Origin: Bacteroidota bacterium
GTDB lineage: Bacteria > Bacteroidota > Bacteroidia > Bacteroidales > JAADJA01
Reading direction: 5' to 3'
DNA length: 64,000 nucleotides
Assembly (NCBI GenBank): GCA_020444515.1
Contig: JAHLKX010000008.1
Span: 46,070 to 110,069, forward strand
Shown here: in pieces, positions 34,234-41,996 of the stretch
How positions within the stretch are numbered: position 1 is the first letter of the stretch
Layout of the letters: each line of letters opens with the position of its first letter
Position numbers and translations under genes: made by a program
The notes under the pieces: generated by a model
Database searches by the model: none
What the model saw: only the letters and a program-made list of their open reading frames with translations
Told to the model about the DNA's origin: nothing

Positions 34234-35171
34234 TGATTCGCCTCCTGTATTTTTATATCAAATTTGGCCATTCCATCCAGTGTCCCTGAGGCAGCACTGA
34301 TCCTGAACAATCCCAACCTGTTTTGTCGGTTTTTAAACACATATATATCTCCAACAGAAAGATTTTTGGCCTTTCGCTTTCCATCAGCATCAATATAAAG
34401 AGCGATCATCAGGCTGTCATTGACTGTCTGATTAAAGTCCTCCTGGGTTAAAGATGTTTTGATGTAACGGGTGGTATTGCGTATTTCCCAGTTAACAGGC
34501 GAAAAACTCTCATCAAAAATTCCTTCTTCAATATTGGCTCCGGGTGAAGCCATGGTAAGTGCATCTTCGCCATAATAAAAAATAAGATCAATGAAGGCCT
34601 GATTTTCCATAGCCTGTGGCCCATCATAAACAATGTTATCATCGATGGTATAAAAACCATCAAACATTGTATTTTCCTGTGCACCCAAAACGATTCCGGC
34701 AATATTGGTCAAAGGTTGATAGGAACTATTTGTATCAGTTGTGAAATGAAATACACTGCTATTCCCCTGCCCTACCCGGTCTCGTAAAGTGAAAATCCAA
34801 TTTTCAATCTCCGCAGCAGATTTGTAAAAACTTCCTGTCCAAATGAATTCGGAAGCAAATATGGCTGAATCGAATAATCGATAAGAGGAACCGGCAACCG
34901 GATCCCGTACCTCAATGTAAAAATTGGTAATCTTTTCTGATCCCTGCCTGGCATGAACTTTAAACTTCATCAAACTGCCAGCGGGTATCGATGCGGATCC
35001 ACCAATAAAACCCGAATCCTGGATTAATTCAAAAGTGGGTGGATCTCCTTTTTCAAATTCTTTGCGACAACTCATAACAAACAAGATAAGGACCATTAAC
35101 AACAGAATTCGATATGCCCCAGAAAACATATCGAAAAATATCATAAATATCTTGTTCTTTGGTATCATCAT
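34230..35171 (-). CDS. Putative surface lipoprotein
   Basis: Lipobox LFVMS-C followed by a charged 'RKEFEK' stretch; C-terminal domain 'IDLIFYYG..ASPG..W..RNTT..L.VGDIYVFK...LGLFRI'. The start may be the Met at 35129. Confidence 0.75.
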   Translation of the reverse strand: MMIPKNKIFMIFFDMFSGAYRILLLMVLILFVMSCRKEFEKGDPPTFELIQDSGFIGGSASIPAGSLMKFKVHARQGSEKITNFYIEVRDPVAGSSYRLFDSAIFASEFIWTGSFYKSAAEIENWIFTLRDRVGQGNSSVFHFTTDTNSSYQPLTNIAGIVLGAQENTMFDGFYTIDDNIVYDGPQAMENQAFIDLIFYYGEDALTMASPGANIEEGIFDESFSPVNWEIRNTTRYIKTSLTQEDFNQTVNDSLMIALYIDADGKRKAKNLSVGDIYVFKNRQNRLGLFRISAASGTLDGMAKFDIKIQEANH

Positions 35172-35177
35172 CTGATG

Positions 35178-35774
35178 CTATTTCCGATTGATCTTTTTTA
35201 TAATGGAATGGGTAAATCCTGAACCTAAATATCCGCCGGTCATCCCAAAAACGAAGAACCCAACCATAGGGATGAGATAACCATGTTTTGCAAAAGAACC
35301 GTAGGGAAAACCTGTTAAAAAGTGAATGAGCAACCGGCTGAGTGGTATTGCAGCATAAGCGGTACCGGCAATGATAGCCGAAAACAACAAATGGTATCTT
35401 GATCTCCAGCTGGAACCGAATAGTATATCGATTATAAATCCGGGAAACATATAGTTGATCCCCATAAAAGGATCATTGAAGCCAAAAACCGGAAATAATA
35501 AAATAAACCCGATGCCCAATGAAGATATGGTCGATGCCCACCTGATATTTGAAGCCGTTCTGCCTGCCATCAGCAGGGCCATAAATTCGAGGCCGTGATG
35601 TCCAGGAATATTCAATGGAGTGCGCAAACGAGCATGCAAAACCATGGCAATGATTCCAATTCCAAACAGTATTATGTATTCAAGAGCCACTGGTACCGAT
35701 CCGCTAAGAGATGGAGCGGATATACTCTTTTCCGATTGTTTTCCATTCATTGTCTTTGTCATTTGATTTTTCAA
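35178..35774 (-). CDS. Small polytopic membrane protein, ECF S-component-like
   Basis: About 190 aa, 5-6 TM helices, 'PLNIPGHHGL' loop. The start may be 35750. The ECF-S assignment is inference from size and topology. Confidence 0.55.
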   Translation of the reverse strand: MKNQMTKTMNGKQSEKSISAPSLSGSVPVALEYIILFGIGIIAMVLHARLRTPLNIPGHHGLEFMALLMAGRTASNIRWASTISSLGIGFILLFPVFGFNDPFMGINYMFPGFIIDILFGSSWRSRYHLLFSAIIAGTAYAAIPLSRLLIHFLTGFPYGSFAKHGYLIPMVGFFVFGMTGGYLGSGFTHSIIKKINRK

Positions 35775-36444
35775 CCAGCAATACAGCTTGTTGTTCAGTT
35801 AAAACTGGGCGCGTCCAACCATCGCAATGAACCAGATTGTATTCTGACACCCGAGTTCCTTCTTTCGTCGAAACCTGATCAATCCCTGCGCTTTTTAACA
35901 ATTCTCCAACGGAATAAATTCCCGCATCAAAATCCCGCAATTCCCTGCTTCCCTTCAGCCAGATGAATCTGCCGTCATTACCACCTCTTCTGAGTCCGAC
36001 TGCAGCCAGTGCACCGATTTGTCCTATCCTCTTTCCGGTAAAACCCTGTAGAAAGAAATTCCATTTTGAAGCCAAAGCTTGGGCACCTTTTAAAGTTAGT
36101 ACTTCTTTTTTCGCTCTTTTACCCCAATTTATAATGTCCGCCGTGATATGATCCCAACGTATGATGCACAAACCCGCATCTGACCCTTCGGAAGCTTCCC
36201 GCATTAGAAATTCCGTACAGAATTTTATCATTTCTACAGTATGCTCTGTTTCAACATCGAGACAGGCCGAACTATTCTGAGAGGTATAAGCAATGTCCGG
36301 ATGGACATATAACTGATGACGGGTAATGCCTTTTAAAATCCCAAAATCTTTTTCCAGGATCAAATGAGCCAATTGGCGGGCCTTAAAGCCAGTACCCCGT
36401 GATTCCTTATTATCCGTGTCATCCATTCCGATAAGCAGGCGCAT
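35704..36444 (-). CDS. Stand-alone TiaS N-terminal (TCKD)-like domain protein
   Basis: 'LIGMDDTD...RGTG', 'RHQL.VHPDIAYTSQNSSAC', 'SDAGLC', 'G.IGALAAVG' parallel TiaS/Mmp11 kinase-domain motifs; no OB or Zn-ribbon domains. Start refined to the ATG at 36444. Confidence 0.78.
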   Translation of the reverse strand: MRLLIGMDDTDNKESRGTGFKARQLAHLILEKDFGILKGITRHQLYVHPDIAYTSQNSSACLDVETEHTVEMIKFCTEFLMREASEGSDAGLCIIRWDHITADIINWGKRAKKEVLTLKGAQALASKWNFFLQGFTGKRIGQIGALAAVGLRRGGNDGRFIWLKGSRELRDFDAGIYSVGELLKSAGIDQVSTKEGTRVSEYNLVHCDGWTRPVLTEQQAVLLVEKSNDKDNEWKTIGKEYIRSIS

Positions 36445-36462
36445 GCAACTCCGATTTGGGAA

Positions 36463-36557
36463 CAAATGTATCAGAATTTTTGAATAGAAGGATTCTAAAT
36501 TTAATAAAGATTATAGCTATACAAAATGTATAAACATCCCTAAATTCACTATATTTG
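36463..36557. promoter_or_regulatory. Divergent -7 promoter elements for the TiaS-like operon (-) and atoE (+)
   Basis: TACATTTG on the minus strand (36463-36470) and TATATTTG on the plus strand (36550-36557). Confidence 0.65.
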
Positions 36558-36609
36558 AACTTCGCAGGCAGTGGTATCCTGTGATCAAATTTTAGCATCC
36601 TATAACAAC

Positions 36610-37998
36610 ATGAAGAAATTTTTTCCTTCTACTTTCACCATCGCAGTGTTTCTGACATTTGTTACGTTCATCCTTGCACTGATATTTACGGCTCCCGTGG
36701 AAATCGAATCATCAGCATCAAGTGTTTATCATGAGATGGGCTCAGATCCGCTAATCCAATCTGGCAACCACCTAAGTCAGTTGATTGGTTTCTGGTACAA
36801 CGGTCTTTGGAATACCGGAATGCTCGCTTTTATGGTTCAAATGATGCTTATCCTGGTCCTGGGTTATGTGCTGGCTTCAACCGAGATTTTTAAAAAAATC
36901 ATTGAACAGGTCCTGATTTATTGCACTTCCACCGCAAAAGCAGCCTTTCTTGTCACTTTGTTGACCTTATTGGTCAGTTTTTTTAACTGGGGATTGGGAC
37001 TGATATTCGGGGCATTATTTGCCCGGAAGGTAGCTGAACGTGCCAAAGAGCGACATTTTGCATTAAATTATCCGCTTATTGGTGCAGCAGGTTATTCAGG
37101 GCTTATGGTATGGCATGGAGGCATTTCAGGATCGGCACCTCTGAAAGTTGCTGAACCCGGTCACCTCAAATCCCTCACCGGACTTGATCTTGCTCCTGTT
37201 GATTTCAGCCAGACCATCTTTTCCGGAATGAATATCGTTGTCTTTATCACCTTGATCGTTATACTCCCAATTGCTATGTTTTGGCTCGGTAAGAGCGTAT
37301 CGAAAGAGAATATTGAAATTCAAGAAACAGAAACAGAAACAGATCAAAAAGCAGAGGCTAAAGAAGAATTCACTGGTGCTGAAAGATTTGACAAATTGGT
37401 TTGGGCAGGAAGAATTCTGGGAATAATATTTTTACTGATTGCCGGTTACAAGGCAATCAGTATGCAAAGCCTGGCCGTGATCGATCCGAATTACCTGAAC
37501 TTTGTATTACTCGGGTTGGGGCTTCTTTTCAGCGGAAGCATTTATAATTTTCTCAAGCAGGTACAAAATGCCATGGGAGCAGCGGCGGGTATTCTCATTC
37601 AATTCCCGCTCTACTTCGGAATTATGGGCATTATGAGATACAGCGGTCTTGTAGAAGTTTTTTCAAATTTTCTGATGAACATCTCAAACTCAACCACTTT
37701 CCCATTATTCACTTTTTTAAGTGCGGCAATCGTGAATGTATTTGTTCCCAGCGGTGGTGGTCAATGGGCAGTACAGGGACCTATCATCATTGAAGCAGCT
37801 CAAAACCTGGGAATACCTTTAGGCAAGGCAGTTATGGCACTGGCCTATGGTGATCAGGTAACCAATATGTTGCAACCATTCTGGGCTCTACCGCTGCTGG
37901 GGATCACAGGCTTGAAAGCAAAAGATATAATTTCTTATACTTTATTTTTGATGATGATCGGTATTATAATATTTATTGCCGGACTGTTAATTTTTTAG
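36610..37998 (+). CDS. atoE: Short-chain fatty acid transporter (AtoE family)
   Basis: 'F..QM.LILV.GY.LA', 'NWGLGLI', 'WHGGISGSAPL', 'QFPLYFGIMG', 'VPSGGGQWAVQGP', 'TNMLQPFWALP'. Start refined to 36610. Confidence 0.9.
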   Translation: MKKFFPSTFTIAVFLTFVTFILALIFTAPVEIESSASSVYHEMGSDPLIQSGNHLSQLIGFWYNGLWNTGMLAFMVQMMLILVLGYVLASTEIFKKIIEQVLIYCTSTAKAAFLVTLLTLLVSFFNWGLGLIFGALFARKVAERAKERHFALNYPLIGAAGYSGLMVWHGGISGSAPLKVAEPGHLKSLTGLDLAPVDFSQTIFSGMNIVVFITLIVILPIAMFWLGKSVSKENIEIQETETETDQKAEAKEEFTGAERFDKLVWAGRILGIIFLLIAGYKAISMQSLAVIDPNYLNFVLLGLGLLFSGSIYNFLKQVQNAMGAAAGILIQFPLYFGIMGIMRYSGLVEVFSNFLMNISNSTTFPLFTFLSAAIVNVFVPSGGGQWAVQGPIIIEAAQNLGIPLGKAVMALAYGDQVTNMLQPFWALPLLGITGLKAKDIISYTLFLMMIGIIIFIAGLLIF

Positions 37999-39548
37999 TC
38001 ATCAAAGGCATCAAACTTAATTCCCTGCGCCAAAGGCAATTCCGTACTGAAGTTTATGGTATTCGTCTGCCTGCGCATATAAGCTTTCCAGGCATCTGAA
38101 CCCGATTCACGTCCACCACCGGTATCCTTTTCACCACCAAAAGCTCCTCCTATTTCTGCACCATTGGTTGCTATGTTCACGTTGGCTATTCCACAATCGG
38201 ATCCTTCATGAGAAAGGAACCGTTCTGTTTCATGAATATTTTTCGAAAAGATGGCAGAAGAAAGACCCTGAGGCACGCCATTGTGCATTTCAATGGCCTC
38301 TTCGATGGTTTTATATTTCATCAAATAAAGGATGGGGGCAAAAGTTTCTTCCTGAACAATATGATAATGATTTTCGGCTTCAGCAATACAGGGAACAACA
38401 TACGTGCCCGATTCATAACCTTTCCCCTCAAGAACCTGCCCTCCATAAACTACTTTACCTCCTTCTTTTACAACTTGCTCCTGTGCATACTTAAATGCCT
38501 CAACAGCAGTTTTATCAACCAGTGGTCCCATTACGTAATTTTCATCCAGCGGATGTCCGATCTTCACTTGTTTATAGGCAGCAATTAATTTCTCCTTAAA
38601 AAGATCGTACATACATTCATGGATGAATAACCGCCGCGTTGAGGTGCATCGTTGGCCGGCTGTAGCGACAGCTCCGAATAAACTGGCCCGCAAGGCCATA
38701 TTTCGGTTGCCATATTGTGAAACAATGATGGCATTGTTACCACCCAGTTCAAGGATGGTTTTTCCCAGCCGCTCTCCAACAAGTCGAGCTACTCTTTTAC
38801 CTACAGCAACCGAACCTGTCACCGAAATCAAAGGAACACGCCTGTCTTTTAAAAAATCATCCCCGACGTATTTTGAACTGGCAACCACCAGATTGATCAC
38901 CCCTTCTGGAATCTGATTCCGAACCAATACATCTTTCATGATATGATGCACAGCCACAGCACAAAGTGGTGTTTTCGATGAGGGCTTCCAAATGACTACA
39001 TCACCTGCAATCAAAGCGATCATGGTATTCCAGGCCCATACGGCTACCGGGAAATTGAAGGAAGTGATAACACCTACCACACCCAGGGGATGGTATTGAT
39101 CATACATTCGATGCATTTCCCGTTCGGAATGCATGGTAGACCCATAAAGCTGCCTCGATTGACCAACAGCAAAGTCAGCAATATCAATCATTTCCTGAAC
39201 TTCACCCAGGCCCTCCTGGTAAACTTTACCCATTTCATAGGACACCAGTTTACCCAGGGGTTCTTTATATTTACGAAGCTCATCACCCATCTGCCGCACA
39301 ATTTCACCCCGTTTGGGTGCCGGTACCATTCGCCAGTATTTAAATGCTTCCTGCGCTCTGGTCATCACCTTTTCATAATCTTCCCAACCCGCTTGTTTGA
39401 CACTTCCTATTAACTGACCATCGGCAGGTGAAAAAGATTGAAGCTCTTCACCTTTTGTTTCAATCCATTCGGCTCCGGTAGATGCACCATTATTCACTTT
39501 TTGCAATCCTAATTCCTTCAGCATTTCGCTAATCCCAAATTTTTCCAT
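37995..39548 (-). CDS. Aldehyde dehydrogenase, ALDH7/antiquitin type (piperideine-6-carboxylate / alpha-aminoadipate semialdehyde dehydrogenase-like)
   Basis: 'PAPKRGEIVRQ', 'GEVQEMIDI.DFAVG.SRQLYG', 'ELGGNNA', 'AGQRCT', 'GAEIGGAFGGEK.TGGGRESGSDAWK.YMRR'. Confidence 0.93.
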   Translation of the reverse strand: MEKFGISEMLKELGLQKVNNGASTGAEWIETKGEELQSFSPADGQLIGSVKQAGWEDYEKVMTRAQEAFKYWRMVPAPKRGEIVRQMGDELRKYKEPLGKLVSYEMGKVYQEGLGEVQEMIDIADFAVGQSRQLYGSTMHSEREMHRMYDQYHPLGVVGVITSFNFPVAVWAWNTMIALIAGDVVIWKPSSKTPLCAVAVHHIMKDVLVRNQIPEGVINLVVASSKYVGDDFLKDRRVPLISVTGSVAVGKRVARLVGERLGKTILELGGNNAIIVSQYGNRNMALRASLFGAVATAGQRCTSTRRLFIHECMYDLFKEKLIAAYKQVKIGHPLDENYVMGPLVDKTAVEAFKYAQEQVVKEGGKVVYGGQVLEGKGYESGTYVVPCIAEAENHYHIVQEETFAPILYLMKYKTIEEAIEMHNGVPQGLSSAIFSKNIHETERFLSHEGSDCGIANVNIATNGAEIGGAFGGEKDTGGGRESGSDAWKAYMRRQTNTINFSTELPLAQGIKFDAFDD

Positions 39549-39639
39549 CTTATTTTGTAACGTATTAAAAATTAATATTTTTTGATGTTAGCATAACATC
39601 TGTTTCGAACTATTGTTTGATTCAATTTTGGTAAATAGG

Positions 39640-40686
39640 TTACAAATGTATAACAATCCAGTTGTAAAAATAGGAAATGAATTCATCTAAAAGCTTCAGA
39701 TCTGATTTGAAAGTGTATTGCTGATCTGATTTTCGGACTGCATCCGAAGGGAAAAACAGAACTCCAACGGAAATGTCTTTACCAGCAAAGGTTTTGTAAG
39801 TTATCCAGGTGCGACGGCTATGAAATCCCGAGGTTACCAAATTTATAGATGTTAGGGGGTATTCATCAAGATATTGGGTGAATTGTTTGGCTGCAGCCCT
39901 GGTTTGATTGTGTTTAACAGGATTGAAATGTATGGCAGTTATTTGCCCGGGATCAATACCAAGGGCAATTAGATAATCTGCCATTTCATCGGCCTGAGAT
40001 CCGAATCCGGTGGTCAGTTTATTGTTATCATAAATAATTCTGCAGTTTGCAGGGCCAGGAATCATACGATGATGCCCGATATTTATACCGGAAACAAAAA
40101 GGTTTCGGTCACCTGAATAGGTCCATAAATCATTATTAAAACGGATGAACATCGATTGGAGTCTGCTATGCCCGGCAATCCAGTGAAATGTAAAATTTTC
40201 CTGTTCAGCTTGAGCAAAGCTCCCACCCACTAAATGACCATTGATAATAACATTAAAATGAGCACCATAACCTGCCCCCACTTTCCCTTTGATTCGCAAA
40301 GTTAATTCGATGGTATCACCTGCTTTAAAATATACACTTTTAGGAATATTGATTTGCAATGAACCGTTGGTCAGAAGCCAAACACCCGACTTTGTAGCGA
40401 ACATTGCCGGATTTGATGTAAAGATTGAATCTTTGTATCTATTGCTATCAACAACTGGATAATTAAAACCGTTGATGAAATAATGAAAAACCTTTTCCCC
40501 ATTTTTGCCATATGCTGCAGCCTGCTCAATTTCTCTGGCCGATATCCATGATTCGATCAGAAGATTGGAACTCTCAACCGGATGATGAAAAGCAAGAAAG
40601 GATGGCAAAATAAGTCGGGTGGTTATTATTAAACTTACCATTCCCATTAATAAAACTACAAACATTATTATTACACGCTTTTTCAT
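39640..40686 (-). CDS. YdcF/ElyC (DUF218) family protein with an inserted carbohydrate-binding module
   Basis: N-terminal TM + 'FLA..P....L.IE.W'; C-terminal 'MADYL..LGI', 'T...A', 'LVTSGFHSRR'; central 'F.ND.....DRNL.V..I.IG' CBM motif. Confidence 0.72.
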   Translation of the reverse strand: MKKRVIIMFVVLLMGMVSLIITTRLILPSFLAFHHPVESSNLLIESWISAREIEQAAAYGKNGEKVFHYFINGFNYPVVDSNRYKDSIFTSNPAMFATKSGVWLLTNGSLQINIPKSVYFKAGDTIELTLRIKGKVGAGYGAHFNVIINGHLVGGSFAQAEQENFTFHWIAGHSRLQSMFIRFNNDLWTYSGDRNLFVSGINIGHHRMIPGPANCRIIYDNNKLTTGFGSQADEMADYLIALGIDPGQITAIHFNPVKHNQTRAAAKQFTQYLDEYPLTSINLVTSGFHSRRTWITYKTFAGKDISVGVLFFPSDAVRKSDQQYTFKSDLKLLDEFISYFYNWIVIHL

Positions 40687-40696
40687 GGGAATTCAT

Positions 40697-41077
40697 TTAT
40701 ACCTCGAAGGTATTTCTAAACTCCTCAAAGGCCTCTTCCATGTAGCTATCCATTTTTTCATGGAATTCGTCAAAGGCCTCAACCAGCTTTTTACCCTCGG
40801 GAGTAAGGGTAGATTTTCCTCCGTCTTTACCACCACGCTCCTTTTCAAGGATGGCAAATCCCAGCATTTCTTCAATTTTTTTAAGATCACCCCAGGTTCT
40901 CCTATACGTAATATTCAGTGCTTGAGTAGCGGCTTTCAACGAGCCATGTTTTTCGATGGCTTTTAATATTTGCCATTTACCATCGCCAAGAATACCTTGA
41001 TCATCAGCTGTCGAAAGCCAGATCTTGTAATTAAAACGAACATGACTGGGGAATGTAATTCGTTCCATAAATACCAT
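40697..41077 (-). CDS. ModE-family winged-HTH regulator (DNA-binding domain only)
   Basis: 'G.GK.QIL.AIE.HGSL.AA...L.I.YRR.W..L...E...G...L...RGG..GG.S.LT..G..L'; no TOBE/molbindin domain. Confidence 0.85.
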   Translation of the reverse strand: MVFMERITFPSHVRFNYKIWLSTADDQGILGDGKWQILKAIEKHGSLKAATQALNITYRRTWGDLKKIEEMLGFAILEKERGGKDGGKSTLTPEGKKLVEAFDEFHEKMDSYMEEAFEEFRNTFEV

Positions 41078-41224
41078 TTTACCGCAAATATAGTGTTCTT
41101 TCAGGTTATCATTCCGAATTCCATGGTGGAGTGTTTTGGAATAAATTTGAATAAAAACGGCTCAAGACTTGACGGCAGAGGTGAAGATGCTTTAACTTTA
41201 CCGGCAACTTCAAAAAATTTTATC

Positions 41225-41980
41225 GTGAAAAAGTTAAGGGTTAAATTTTTACTGGGATTTATGCTGCTTGTAGCGCTTTTGATCGTAGCTGGTGTGGTTT
41301 CAATCTATCAATTTATCAATATCAGCCACTCTGTAAATGCCCTCATCGAAGATAATTACAAAACCATTATTGCCTCAAAATCGATGTTGGAGGCACTTGA
41401 GCGGGAAGATAGTGGCATCTTATTATTGCTACTGGGCAAATGGGAAGAGGGCCGAAGAATCATCGACGAAGGGGATCAAAGTTTCATTGCAGCAATGGAT
41501 GTGGCTCGCAACAACCTGACCGAACCCGGCGAAGACCGCTACATCCAGCGCATCGATTCAGCCTACCACATATATAAGGAAAAGTGGAGGCGACCCATTG
41601 TGGAAACCGCAAAAGAAGGTAATATCAATTGGTATTTTGAGGAAATTCATATGAGTTTCCTATCTGTGAAACTGACCATCAATCAACTTATGGAACTCAA
41701 CCAAAACAGCATGCACAAGGAAGCCTCATTGCTAAAAGATAAATCACACCGAGCCATCATGCCGGGAATCATTGCCATTATCTCTGCTCTTGTATTTTCA
41801 CTATTGTTTAACTTTTTTATTAACCATTATTTCATATCTCCCCTCACCCGTCTGATTAAAGCAATCAAAGAGTATAGGCCGGGAGCACAATCTTTCAACG
41901 CTGATATTAAGACAGGCGATGAATTATTGGAACTGGAGGAGGAAATCGGTAACCTAATAGATAAAATAAATAGATTCTAA
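41225..41980 (+). CDS. Membrane sensor: four-helix-bundle (KinB/4HB_MCP-like) domain + HAMP, no kinase output
   Basis: TM1, 'NY.TI.AS.SMLEALEREDSG...NNLTEPGE', TM2, HAMP 'I.PL.RL...I......DEL..L...I', then stop. Start refined to the GTG at 41225. Confidence 0.78.
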   Translation: MKKLRVKFLLGFMLLVALLIVAGVVSIYQFINISHSVNALIEDNYKTIIASKSMLEALEREDSGILLLLLGKWEEGRRIIDEGDQSFIAAMDVARNNLTEPGEDRYIQRIDSAYHIYKEKWRRPIVETAKEGNINWYFEEIHMSFLSVKLTINQLMELNQNSMHKEASLLKDKSHRAIMPGIIAIISALVFSLLFNFFINHYFISPLTRLIKAIKEYRPGAQSFNADIKTGDELLELEEEIGNLIDKINRF

Positions 41981-41996
41981 ATTTTATAAAATAACC

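Noticed and set aside
35704-36444. Calling the DDTD protein a true tRNA(Ile2) agmatidine synthetase (tiaS)
   Set aside because: About 246 aa only, without tRNA-binding OB and Zn-ribbon domains; bacteria use TilS, and the context is transport.
36511-36535. TATAC-AAAAT-GTATA palindrome as a ModE box linking the ModE-like gene to the uptake operon
   Set aside because: TATA spacing is 7 or 13 bp, not the roughly 10 bp of known ModE sites; the flanking CG is absent and the region is AT-rich.
36445-36570. Cobalamin or other riboswitch ahead of the TonB-dependent receptor operon
   Set aside because: The -7 element is only about 19 bp from the ATG, leaving no room, and no B12-box or TPP motif is visible.
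40970-41224. 85-aa N-terminal extension of the sensor ORF overlapping the ModE-like gene
   Set aside because: It overlaps a divergent gene and its promoter; recognisable sensor sequence begins at the GTG at 41225.
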